64,000 bases of DNA from a virus (Duplodnaviria; Caudoviricetes): positions 50,035 through 114,034 of IMG/VR virus record IMGVR_UViG_3300034071_001431; one strand, written 5' to 3'. The stretch's first letter is position 1, and each line of letters starts with the position of its first letter. This document shows, in pieces, positions 46,377 to 56,489 of the stretch. The position numbers and the translations under genes were made by a program. The notes beneath the pieces were generated by a model that was not told the DNA's origin, made no database searches, and was given only the letters and a program-made list of their open reading frames with translations.

Positions 46377-47114
46377 TTACAAATCTACTTCTAATACAAA
46401 CTCTCTAATAGATATTTGTCTAAAATTAACACAACTTAACCATGAAGCTGGAATTGTGTCATTACCAAACTCTGTTACTTGAATAAATTCAGTATCATCG
46501 TATGTAGCAAATAAACTTGCCAATGCTGCGTCCCATTTCTTAGCATCTACAGTAGAGTTAATTGGTTGATAACCAGGCGTACCTGCGTACACATTATGAT
46601 TATAACCTTCTGTATTATTACCATCGAATCCAATTAGATAAACTTTTTTATGTCCATCAAACGCAGCAATATATGCAGCCGCTGTTCCGGCATCTGCATA
46701 TGGATTATGCGGTATCAAGTAAAATTTACCTGGATATTCTAAAGCATGTACAGCATCAGTGTATACAATATTATCTGTTGTATACCCTGTATTTGCAATT
46801 TCCTTAACAACATCATTGCCAGTTGCAACTAAAAAGTCAGGAGTAAAATCTCTAAAAAGAGCATTACATCCGTAGCTTTGAAGAGCTCTAGCACCTAGCA
46901 AACCGCCTCGGTGATTTTTGATAGCAGCTAAGTTAATACCTAAGCGACCAGGACCGTTACCGATCACAACCGCTTGGTTAGATATTTGGTTGTTAGTGAC
47001 GGCGTTTGGCACCGTTTCAGTTGTATCATGCCAAACGCCGTCGGTGTAGCTTCTCTCAACTACAATATCTTCACCGGTGTAACTACTTCTATATATTTTA
47101 CTAAGTTTAATCAT
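46377..47114 (-). CDS. Hypothetical protein, sialyltransferase/MptE-like Rossmann fold
   Basis: VIGNGP..., GCNA..., VYLIGFD motifs. Confidence 0.6.
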   Translation of the reverse strand: MIKLSKIYRSSYTGEDIVVERSYTDGVWHDTTETVPNAVTNNQISNQAVVIGNGPGRLGINLAAIKNHRGGLLGARALQSYGCNALFRDFTPDFLVATGNDVVKEIANTGYTTDNIVYTDAVHALEYPGKFYLIPHNPYADAGTAAAYIAAFDGHKKVYLIGFDGNNTEGYNHNVYAGTPGYQPINSTVDAKKWDAALASLFATYDDTEFIQVTEFGNDTIPASWLSCVNFRQISIREFVLEVDL

Positions 47115-47117
47115 AAT

Positions 47118-50100
47118 TTACACCTTGATATATGATGATTGTAATTTAACCGCATTACCTATTGCAACACCTGTGTAACTTAATTCAACATTTGCACCAT
47201 TAACTGCTACAGATACAGAACCTAAACTTGCTGATCCAGTATACATAGTACCAAACTGTGTACGTTGCGCTGTTGTACCGTTGTGTAATACCAACACTTC
47301 AGTAGTTTCATACTCACCTGTACCGCTGTTTGATATAGTTACAATGTATTTTGCAGAGCGATAAGTTGCTTTAGCAAAACTATCAATAACTGTAGCACTA
47401 GTACCAACTGTAACTGCTGTTTGATCGTAAGCAATTTTAGTACCGTTTGTGTATGTTACTGAACTTGCATTAACTGTTACGTGGTCACTTGATGAATCAC
47501 CAATGTTAATATTACCGGCAGTGTCACCTAATACAGTTAAGCTACCTTTAATAACAACATCATTTTCAAACGTTGTTGTACCAGTTGCAGCACTTGTGCT
47601 AATACGTAAAGTTTGCGCACCTGTACCAGCATATACATTAGCAAACGCATCTGCTGTTTTAACTTGTACATAACCATTACCATTTGACAATGTTGATACT
47701 GATGCTGTTGTAATTAATACACGTGCATCAATCAAATCACCAACTGACGGAGCTTCTGTAAATGTTAATGTTGTACCAGTTACACTGTAAGCTAGCGTCG
47801 GTAATTGCATAACACCGTTGATTGCTACCATTGTTCCTGCTGTTGTACTTTCAGTTGACATTTCAAATACTGTAGTTGTGCCATCACCAATAAACGAATT
47901 ACTTGTAATAATAGTGAATGAACTACCTGTTTGTTGCCATGAACTACCATTGTAGAACTCTAAGTTATTAGATGTAGTACTAAAACGTGCCATACCAGCT
48001 AAGTCAGTTGATCCGCTGTTACTTGGACGTTGTGCAATATCACCAACCGGTAGCATAATTGTACCAGTACTATTAAATTTAGCAATAACACCAGCAACAC
48101 CAACAGTTGCATTTCCGCCAAACACTAAACTGTTCATTGAAGAATCAGCTAATATTAAGCTAGTTGCATCTTGTCCCATAACAACAAAGTCATTTGCTGT
48201 TTGGTTACTATTAACAGTAACACCATTTGCAACATCAAGACTGCTAGTTAAACTAGTTGCACCCGATACTGTTAATGTACTTGCTAATGTAACTCCACCA
48301 GTAACTGCTAAAGTACCACCAATAGTTGACTCGCCTGTAGCAAAGAAGTTTTGCAATGAAGCATCACCAGATGTAGTAAAGTTTGCTGCAACAACGTTGC
48401 CACTAAATGTAGCTGTTGAACCAGTAACTGCACCAGTAACTGCTAAGGTACCGCTTGCTGTAACGTTAGTTGCACTAACTGCCGCTAATGTAGTTGCACC
48501 AGTAACACCTAAAGTACCACTTGCTGTAACATTAGTTGCACTAACCGCATGTAATGTAGAAGCACCAGTAACTGCTAAAGTACCGCCAACTGTTGCATTG
48601 TTAACAATAGAAGCACTAGCTAAAGTAGAAGCACCTGCTGTTAAACCTGCTAAAGTAGTTGCACCAGTAACACCTAATGTACCACCAACTGTTTCATTAC
48701 CTGTAACTGCTAAATCAGCACTTAAAGTTGCATTACCAGCTGCGCTTAATGTTCCTAAAGCAGATACGTTAGTTGCTGTTAAAGCAGCCATTGTAGTAGC
48801 ACCAGTAACACCTAACGTACCACCAACTGTTGTATTGTGTGTAATACTTGCCGAAGCTAAAGTAGAAGCACCAGTAACTGCTAAAGTACCACCAACAGTT
48901 TCATTACCTGTAACTGCTAAAGTACCACTTGCTGTAACATTACCTGTAACTGCCAATGTACCACCAACAGTAGCGTTATTAGTAACACTTGCTGAAGCTA
49001 AAGTAGAAGCACCTGCACTTAATGTACCACTTGCTGCAACGTTAGTTGCACTAATTGCTGCCATTGTAGCTGCACCAGTAACACCTAAAGTACCGCTTGC
49101 TGTAACGTTAGTTGCATTAACTGCTGCCATCGTAGCTGTACCAGTAACTGCTAAAGTACCACCAACTGTTTCATTACCAGTAACTGCTAAAGTACCACTT
49201 GCTGTAACATCAGTTGCACTAACTGCCGCTAATGTAGTTGCCCCAGTAACATCTAAAGTACCACTTGCTGTAACGTTAGTTGCTGATAATGCCGCTGTTG
49301 TAGTTGCACCTGCTGTTAAACCAGCCATTGTAGTTGCACCAGTAACATCTAAAGTACCACTTGCTGTAACGTTAGTTGCTGATAATGCCGCTGTTGTAGT
49401 TGCACCAGTAACATCTAAAGTACCACCAACAGTTTCATTACCTGTAACTGCTAAAGTACCACTTGCTGTAACATCAGTTGCCGATAAAGCAGCCATTGTA
49501 GTTGCACCAGTAACACCTAACGTACCACTTGCTGTAACGTTTGTTGCTCCAAGAGTAGTTGTTGTAGTTGCACCTGCTGTTAACCCAGCCAATGTAGTTG
49601 CACCAGTAACACCTAAAGTACCACCAACAGTAGCGTTATTTGTAACACTAGCACTTGCTAAAGTAGAAGCACCTGCACTTAATGTTGAAGCCAATGTAGT
49701 TGCACCAGTAACTGCTAAAGTACCACTTAATGCCGCTGTTGTAGCAACAACACCTTTATTAAAGTTAAATGTATCTGTTGTACTTGCGTATGTAATTGTT
49801 GCATTTGCACCGTCAACTGTTAAACCAGCACCGTTAGCTGAAGCTGCATCTGCAGCGCCTTTAGCCACTGTAATGTTTTTATCAGTAATGTCTAATGTTG
49901 CTGAGTTAATTGATGTTACAGTACCTTCAACAGTTAAGTCACCAGTAATAAGAACAGAGCCACCAATAGTTGCATCACCAGTAACACCTAACGTACCACC
50001 AACAGTAGCGTTATTTGTAACTGTTGCAGATTCTAAAGTAGTTGCACCAGCACTTAATGTACCACTTGCTGTAACATCAGTTGCACTAACTGCCGCTAAA

Positions 50101-53100
50101 GTAGTTGCACCAGTAACTGCTAAGGTTGTACCAACAGTTGCTGCGCCAGTGACACTAGCACTTGCTAAAGTAGTTGCACCAGCACTTAATGTGCCGCTTG
50201 CAGCAACATTAGTTGCACTAACCGCATGTAATGTAGAATTACCAGTAACTGCTAAAGTACCACTTGCTGTAACATCAGTTGCACTAACTGCCGCTAAAGT
50301 AGTTGCACCAGTAACTGCTAAAGTACCGCCAACTGTTTCATTTCCAGTAACACTAGCACTTGCTAATGTAGAAGCACCTGCACTTAAAGTCGAAGCTAAA
50401 GTAGTTGCACCCGTAACTTCTAATGTACCGCTTGCAGTAACATTTGTAGCACCAAGAGCTGCTGTTGTAGTTGCACCTGCTGTTAAACCTGCTAAAGTAG
50501 TTGCACCAGTAACATCTAAAGTACCACCAACTGTAGCGTTATTAGTAACACTTGCTGAAGCTAAAGTAGAAGCACCTGCTGTTAACCCGGCTAGTGTAGT
50601 TGCACCTGTGACACCTAACGTACCGCCAACTGTTTCATTTCCAGTAACTGTAGCACTTGCTAAAGTAGTTGCACCTGCACTTAATGTACCACTTGCTGTA
50701 ACATCAGTTGCCGATAAAGCAGCCATTGTAGTAGCTCCAGTAACACCTAAAGTACCACTTGCTGTAACGTTTGTTGCTCCAAGAGTAGTTGTTGTAGTTT
50801 CACCTGCTGTTAACGCACCAACCGAAGTTGTACCTGCTGTTAAACCAGCTAATGTAGTTGCTCCAGTAACACCTAAAGTACCACTTGCTGTAACGTTTGT
50901 TGCATTAACTGCCGCCATTGTAGCTGTACCGGTAACACCTAAAGTACCACTTGCTGTAACGTTTGTTGCTCCAAGAGTAGTTGTTGTAGTTGCACCTAAA
51001 GTAGTTGCACCTGCACTTAACGCACCGCTTAATGCCGCTGACGTACCAACTAAACCTTTGTTTAAATTCCATGTATCTGTTGCGTTTGTGTAAGTGATTG
51101 TTGCACCAGCACCTGCTACTGTTAAACCAGCACCATCAGCTGCAGCACCATTTGCAGAACCTTTAGCTACAGTAATATTCAAATCAGTAACATCTAATGT
51201 TTGTGATTGAATTGCAGTCATAGTACCGTTAACTGTTAAGTTACCAGCAATAACTACAGAACTATCAAACGTTGCAGCACCAGTAACACCCAAAGTACCA
51301 CCAACTGTTTCATTTCCGGAAACAATAGCAGAAGCTAAAGTAGTTGCACCAGCACTTAATGTACCACCAACAGTAGCGTTATTTGTAACACTTGCTGATA
51401 ATAATGTAGAAGCACCTGCACTTAAAGTACCACTTGCAGTAACATTAGTAGCTGATAACCCAGCTAATGTAGTTGCACCAGTAACACCTAATGTACCACC
51501 AACAGTTTCATTACCTGTAACTGTAGCAGAAGCTAATGTACTTGCACCAGCACTTAATGTCGAAGCTAAAGTAGTTGCGCCCGTAACTGCTAAAGTACCG
51601 CCAACAGTTTCATTTCCAGTAATACTTGCTGATAATAATGTAGAAGCACCTGCACTTAAAGTACCGCTTGCTGAAACATTAGTAGCTGATAACCCAGCTA
51701 ATGTAGTTGCACCAGTAACCCCTAATGTACCACCAACTGTAGCGCCTTGTGTAATACCTAAACTATTTGCTTGTACGCTATAAGTAACGATTGTACTACC
51801 TGTAACATGGACAGTACCACCAAAATTAGCGCCATATACTGTTGTTAAATCTTGAACAGTAGCCGACCCGGTAACACCTAACGTACCGCCAACAGTAGCG
51901 TTATTTGTAACACTAGCACTTGCTAAAGTAGTACCGGCTAATGTAGTTGCGCCAGTAACTGCTAACGTACCACCAACTGTTTCATTACCTGTAACATCTA
52001 AAGTACCACTTGCTGTAACATCAGTTGCATTAATTGCCGCTGTTGTAGTTGTCCCAGTAACACCTAAAGTACCACCAACAGTAGCGTTATTTGTAACACT
52101 AGCACTTGCTAAAGTAGAAGCACCTGCTGTTAAACCTGCTAAAGTAGTTGCACCAGTAACACCTAATGTACCACTTGCTGTAACATTAGTTGCACTAATT
52201 GCCGCTGCTGTAGTCGCACCAGTAACTGCTAATGTACCACCAACTGTTTCATTACCTGTAACATCTAAAGCACCACTGAATGTTGCCGCTGTACCTTTTA
52301 ATGTTTTGTTAATATCCCAACTTGTTGTTGCATGTGTATATGTAATTGTTGCATTTGCACCGTCAACTGTTAAACCAGCGCCGTTTGCAGATGCAGAACT
52401 TACTGAACCTTTAGCTAACGTAATGTTTAAGTCTGTAACATCTAATGTTGTTGATTGTACCGCAGTAGTTGAACCTTGTACAGTTAAGTTACCTGCAATC
52501 AACGTGTCGCCGCCAACGTTTAAGTTTTTAACAATACCAACACCACCAGCAACTTTTAACGCACCGCTTGTGGCATTTGTACTTTGTGTTGTGTTTGTAA
52601 CAGAAGCTACACCAGCAACACCTAAAGTACCACTTGCTGTAACATCAATTGCATCAACTGCTGCTAAAGTTGTTGTACCAGTAACACCCAACGTACCGCC
52701 AACTGTTTCATTACCTGTAACTGTAACTGCATTAAATGTAGTTCCTGTTGCTAATGCTGTAGAAACAACCACACCATCAACTGTAGTAACAACTTGTCCG
52801 GCAGCAATACCATCATCAGTAATAGTAACATCTGTATCACCTACTTGAATGTTAGTAACACCTGTAGAAATTTGATTGTTTAAATATGATAGTGTAACTG
52901 CATCTTGTGAGTCAGTAGGATCAGCAACATTTTTAAGTTTTGCATTTACAGATACATCACCTTCGCCAGCATCAATTGTTAAACCACCTATAGTTGTAAG
53001 ACTATTACCAGTAACTACTAAGCCATTAAGAGTAGCTGTACCAGTAACATCTAATGTACCACCAACTGTTTCATTTCCAGAAACTGTTGCACCACCAGTA

Positions 53101-54578
53101 ACTGCTAATGTAGAACCGTTAAATGTTAAGTTTGTACTATCTTGTATTTCACCGGCTACACCTGCTAATACAACACGACCACTTGTTAAGTTGCTTACTG
53201 CGGCTGTTGCTAATGTAGCTACTCCAGCAACAGTGATATCTTCAACAGATGAAGAACCCCAAACTTGGAAATTACCGCCGACTGTAGCATTGTTTGTAAT
53301 ATCTGCTGAATCTAAAATAGAAGCACCTGCTGTTAAACCTGCCAATGTAGTTGCACCAGTAACACCTAATGTACCACCAACTGTTTCATTACCTGTAACA
53401 GAAGCAGAAGCTAAAGTAGTTGCACCTGCACTTAACGTAGAAGCTAAAGTAGTTGTACCTGTAACTGCTACGTTGCCACTTGCTGTAACGTTTGTAGCTG
53501 ATAATGCCGCTGTTGTTGTTGCACCTGCTGTTAGGCCAGTTAATGTAGTAGCACCAGTAACATCTAATGTACCACCAACTGTTTCATTTCCAGTAACACT
53601 TGCTGAAGCTAATGTAGTAGCACCTGCACTTAAAGCCGCAGATAAAGTAGTTGTACCAGTAACTGCTAAAGTACCACCAACAGTTTCATTTCCAGTAACA
53701 CTAGCACTTGCTAATGTAGAAACACCTGCTGTTAAGCCAGCTAATGTAGTTGCACCAGTAACACCTAACGTACCGCCAATTGTTTCATTTCCAGTAACAC
53801 TTGCTGAAGCTAATGTAGTTGCGCCTGCACTTAAAGTACCACTTGCTGTAACATCAGTTGCACTAACTGCCGCTAATGTAGTTGCCCCAGTAACATCTAA
53901 AGTACCACCAACAGTTTCGTTGCCTGTAACAGTAGCACTTGCTAATGTAGAAGCACCTGCACTTAAAGTTGAAGCTAAAGTAGTTGCACCCGTAACTTCT
54001 AATGTACCACTAGCCGCAACGTTTGTTGCATTAACTGCTGCTAAAGTTGAAGTACCAGTAACTGCTAAAGTACCACTTGCTGTAACGTTAGTAGCTGATA
54101 AAGCCGCTAAAGTAGTTGCACCCGTAACTGCTAAAGTACCACTAATTGTTTCATTACCTGTAACTGCTAAAGTTCCAACATTAAGTGCTGCGAAACCACT
54201 GTTTCCAAGTGCACCATAAGTTGATCCAGCTGAAGCAGTGTATGATAATTCAAACGCATCATTTGCTTCACTCCATACTAAAGCAGTATTTGTTTGGTCA
54301 CCACGATTAAATAGTAAACCGATGTCATATGTATTAGTACCACTAAATGCATTGTTCAATACAATTAATGGATCGTTTACAAATGTGTTTGTTGAAGCAA
54401 CAGTCATGTAGCTACTTGAGCCCTGTACTGTTAAATTACCCGTGACCGTTATGTCACTGGCAATTGTTAAGCTGCTATTAAATAGCGACCCAACGATAGA
54501 ACCCGGGGCGATTTTTGTGTTTGCAAGAATCGTTGCGTCCGAGATCTGGTTATTTTTAATTCTGGTTAAATTTGCCAT
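47118..54578 (-). CDS. Giant repetitive fibre protein (2486 aa)
   Basis: Many GTL(G/A/D)VTGATTLA / NVTASG / GNETVG units; recurring LTVxG..LDVTD.NIT.AKG knob; C-terminal domain shared with the neighbouring gene. Confidence 0.8.
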   Translation of the reverse strand: MANLTRIKNNQISDATILANTKIAPGSIVGSLFNSSLTIASDITVTGNLTVQGSSSYMTVASTNTFVNDPLIVLNNAFSGTNTYDIGLLFNRGDQTNTALVWSEANDAFELSYTASAGSTYGALGNSGFAALNVGTLAVTGNETISGTLAVTGATTLAALSATNVTASGTLAVTGTSTLAAVNATNVAASGTLEVTGATTLASTLSAGASTLASATVTGNETVGGTLDVTGATTLAAVSATDVTASGTLSAGATTLASASVTGNETIGGTLGVTGATTLAGLTAGVSTLASASVTGNETVGGTLAVTGTTTLSAALSAGATTLASASVTGNETVGGTLDVTGATTLTGLTAGATTTAALSATNVTASGNVAVTGTTTLASTLSAGATTLASASVTGNETVGGTLGVTGATTLAGLTAGASILDSADITNNATVGGNFQVWGSSSVEDITVAGVATLATAAVSNLTSGRVVLAGVAGEIQDSTNLTFNGSTLAVTGGATVSGNETVGGTLDVTGTATLNGLVVTGNSLTTIGGLTIDAGEGDVSVNAKLKNVADPTDSQDAVTLSYLNNQISTGVTNIQVGDTDVTITDDGIAAGQVVTTVDGVVVSTALATGTTFNAVTVTGNETVGGTLGVTGTTTLAAVDAIDVTASGTLGVAGVASVTNTTQSTNATSGALKVAGGVGIVKNLNVGGDTLIAGNLTVQGSTTAVQSTTLDVTDLNITLAKGSVSSASANGAGLTVDGANATITYTHATTSWDINKTLKGTAATFSGALDVTGNETVGGTLAVTGATTAAAISATNVTASGTLGVTGATTLAGLTAGASTLASASVTNNATVGGTLGVTGTTTTAAINATDVTASGTLDVTGNETVGGTLAVTGATTLAGTTLASASVTNNATVGGTLGVTGSATVQDLTTVYGANFGGTVHVTGSTIVTYSVQANSLGITQGATVGGTLGVTGATTLAGLSATNVSASGTLSAGASTLLSASITGNETVGGTLAVTGATTLASTLSAGASTLASATVTGNETVGGTLGVTGATTLAGLSATNVTASGTLSAGASTLLSASVTNNATVGGTLSAGATTLASAIVSGNETVGGTLGVTGAATFDSSVVIAGNLTVNGTMTAIQSQTLDVTDLNITVAKGSANGAAADGAGLTVAGAGATITYTNATDTWNLNKGLVGTSAALSGALSAGATTLGATTTTTLGATNVTASGTLGVTGTATMAAVNATNVTASGTLGVTGATTLAGLTAGTTSVGALTAGETTTTTLGATNVTASGTLGVTGATTMAALSATDVTASGTLSAGATTLASATVTGNETVGGTLGVTGATTLAGLTAGASTLASASVTNNATVGGTLDVTGATTLAGLTAGATTTAALGATNVTASGTLEVTGATTLASTLSAGASTLASASVTGNETVGGTLAVTGATTLAAVSATDVTASGTLAVTGNSTLHAVSATNVAASGTLSAGATTLASASVTGAATVGTTLAVTGATTLAAVSATDVTASGTLSAGATTLESATVTNNATVGGTLGVTGDATIGGSVLITGDLTVEGTVTSINSATLDITDKNITVAKGAADAASANGAGLTVDGANATITYASTTDTFNFNKGVVATTAALSGTLAVTGATTLASTLSAGASTLASASVTNNATVGGTLGVTGATTLAGLTAGATTTTTLGATNVTASGTLGVTGATTMAALSATDVTASGTLAVTGNETVGGTLDVTGATTTAALSATNVTASGTLDVTGATTMAGLTAGATTTAALSATNVTASGTLDVTGATTLAAVSATDVTASGTLAVTGNETVGGTLAVTGTATMAAVNATNVTASGTLGVTGAATMAAISATNVAASGTLSAGASTLASASVTNNATVGGTLAVTGNVTASGTLAVTGNETVGGTLAVTGASTLASASITHNTTVGGTLGVTGATTMAALTATNVSALGTLSAAGNATLSADLAVTGNETVGGTLGVTGATTLAGLTAGASTLASASIVNNATVGGTLAVTGASTLHAVSATNVTASGTLGVTGATTLAAVSATNVTASGTLAVTGAVTGSTATFSGNVVAANFTTSGDASLQNFFATGESTIGGTLAVTGGVTLASTLTVSGATSLTSSLDVANGVTVNSNQTANDFVVMGQDATSLILADSSMNSLVFGGNATVGVAGVIAKFNSTGTIMLPVGDIAQRPSNSGSTDLAGMARFSTTSNNLEFYNGSSWQQTGSSFTIITSNSFIGDGTTTVFEMSTESTTAGTMVAINGVMQLPTLAYSVTGTTLTFTEAPSVGDLIDARVLITTASVSTLSNGNGYVQVKTADAFANVYAGTGAQTLRISTSAATGTTTFENDVVIKGSLTVLGDTAGNINIGDSSSDHVTVNASSVTYTNGTKIAYDQTAVTVGTSATVIDSFAKATYRSAKYIVTISNSGTGEYETTEVLVLHNGTTAQRTQFGTMYTGSASLGSVSVAVNGANVELSYTGVAIGNAVKLQSSYIKV

Positions 54579-54772
54579 CTTATTAAAACTCCGAGATTAT
54601 AATTATAATTTGTATTCTACTACGTTGTGACTGAATTGTAGCGGCGGTTCCATATCCCCTAGGCCAATTTAATCGAATAACCTTCAATGACAAATGCGGG
54701 TCCATATCCCCGCTGAATCATGAATGTGTTACAAGTATTTAGTGGATTATCCGAAAAAGGATATAGCTAGTG

Positions 54773-56488
54773 TTAAATGATAATGTAGCTTTTTGACATG
54801 CGTATGCTAGTATTTGCATAAGATGACGTATATTTTAATTGAACAGTTGAGCCAGAAATTGCGGCAGTCATAGTACCTAAACTGGTACCTGTATTAACAG
54901 AACTGATTAATTTGTAAAACGCAGAAGTTCCGTTATGAGTAATCATTACTTCATAACTTTCGAAGTTTGTTAGTCGTGTTGATTGTATTGTGTAGCGAGC
55001 AGTTCTATAAATTGTGCTGTCATAACTATCAATTATAGTCGGTGTTGCACTAGTAGGAACACTAACTGTCGGCGATGATGTAACTATTGCTCCAGTTTGT
55101 ATAATGCTTATATTTTCTGTACCAGCATTGATAAAGCGGATTTCGCCAGTACCCGAATCTGTTTCTGCCCTGGTCGTTCCATCTGAAATCGCAGTTACAG
55201 AGTTAATGATAAGAGACATTGCTCTTACCTCAATGGTATCTGTAGGCAATGGAATTTCTGTAAATGTAATGTCAGACCCGTTAACTGTGTAGGCAGTAGT
55301 TGGCTGTTGAATTGTACCATTGATACTAACTAAAACACCATTTGTAGTTGCTGTTTCGTATAATGCAAATACGTTAGTTATACCGTCGGGCACAATTGTT
55401 TGTGACGTCATCGATGCCACTGTCTGATTGTTTACCCATTCATTTCCGTTATAGAATTCTATAGTACCTAAATCTGTATTATATCGTAAATAACCAGTTG
55501 ATACAGTAGATGGGCGGACTGATGTATTTCCAGTCGGAATAGCAATAGCATCGTTCCCACTAATTTTTACTATTCCTGTACCATGTGCATTTAATGTAAT
55601 ATTTCCGTTGTTTGCTGAATTTACTGTTATACCACTTGTTGTTGAAATAGTTGTATCATTAAACGAAACATTACCGATCTGGGTTAATGCTACGTTTGAA
55701 ATATGTGTTATTCGGCCTTTACTATCAACGGTTATTTTTGGTACACGATCAACAATTTCATCATCTGCAGAACCGTATGTACCTGCAACAACACCGCTAT
55801 CTACTAGAGTCAATGCAATATTAGAATATGTTCCACTACCAATAGCATCACCGGTGATTTGTATATTACTATTAGTAGTTAATACACGATAGGTATCTTC
55901 GGTAATAGTCAGTGCGCTAATTGCACCACTAAAATCTACATTGCCTAAATGTTCTAGTCCTTTGTTTCCAACATATCGTGCACCTGATATAAAGATACTT
56001 TTACCAGCGAATGAACCACTTGGCAAGTTTGTTCCAATAAAGTTTAATACTCCAGATGTATAATCAAAGAACCATTCGTCATTATTTCCTGACCCGTCTG
56101 CAAATAATTGTGTTCCTGATGTTTGGGGAGTAGCAGACCCTGTAGTAGCCAAGTAAACTTTGACTTGATATGTTGCACCAAAACTAGAATCAATCCATTC
56201 AGTTAAGTTCGTATTCCATGTTCTATTAGTACTTGCTGTACCATCGTTTGTTGCTTGAATTGTTGAACTTAATGCATCTGCATAAACTGTTACTATACTT
56301 GAATTGCTAGTAGGAATAGTTGCAGGAACAGAATCGCTTTGCGCCCATATCGAGTTACCACGAATAATTATTGGACTTGCTATATTTTCATTACTAGGAC
56401 TTTTAACCGTTGAGGTATCTGTCTTGGCTATGCCATAACCAAGTTTCTTAAATAAGTAATCTACCTTTTGTGCGTCTGTTATCGCCAT
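54773..56488 (-). CDS. Fibre/baseplate structural protein
   Basis: IPTGNT..RP..G.LRYNTD..EFYNG module and YRTARY C-terminal domain, also present in the giant fibre. Confidence 0.7.
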   Translation of the reverse strand: MAITDAQKVDYLFKKLGYGIAKTDTSTVKSPSNENIASPIIIRGNSIWAQSDSVPATIPTSNSSIVTVYADALSSTIQATNDGTASTNRTWNTNLTEWIDSSFGATYQVKVYLATTGSATPQTSGTQLFADGSGNNDEWFFDYTSGVLNFIGTNLPSGSFAGKSIFISGARYVGNKGLEHLGNVDFSGAISALTITEDTYRVLTTNSNIQITGDAIGSGTYSNIALTLVDSGVVAGTYGSADDEIVDRVPKITVDSKGRITHISNVALTQIGNVSFNDTTISTTSGITVNSANNGNITLNAHGTGIVKISGNDAIAIPTGNTSVRPSTVSTGYLRYNTDLGTIEFYNGNEWVNNQTVASMTSQTIVPDGITNVFALYETATTNGVLVSINGTIQQPTTAYTVNGSDITFTEIPLPTDTIEVRAMSLIINSVTAISDGTTRAETDSGTGEIRFINAGTENISIIQTGAIVTSSPTVSVPTSATPTIIDSYDSTIYRTARYTIQSTRLTNFESYEVMITHNGTSAFYKLISSVNTGTSLGTMTAAISGSTVQLKYTSSYANTSIRMSKSYIII

Positions 56489-56489
56489 A

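Noticed and set aside
48397-54219. Long plus-strand ORFs (898, 447 and 180 aa)
   Set aside because: Antisense shadows of the repetitive fibre gene, caused by its biased codon use.
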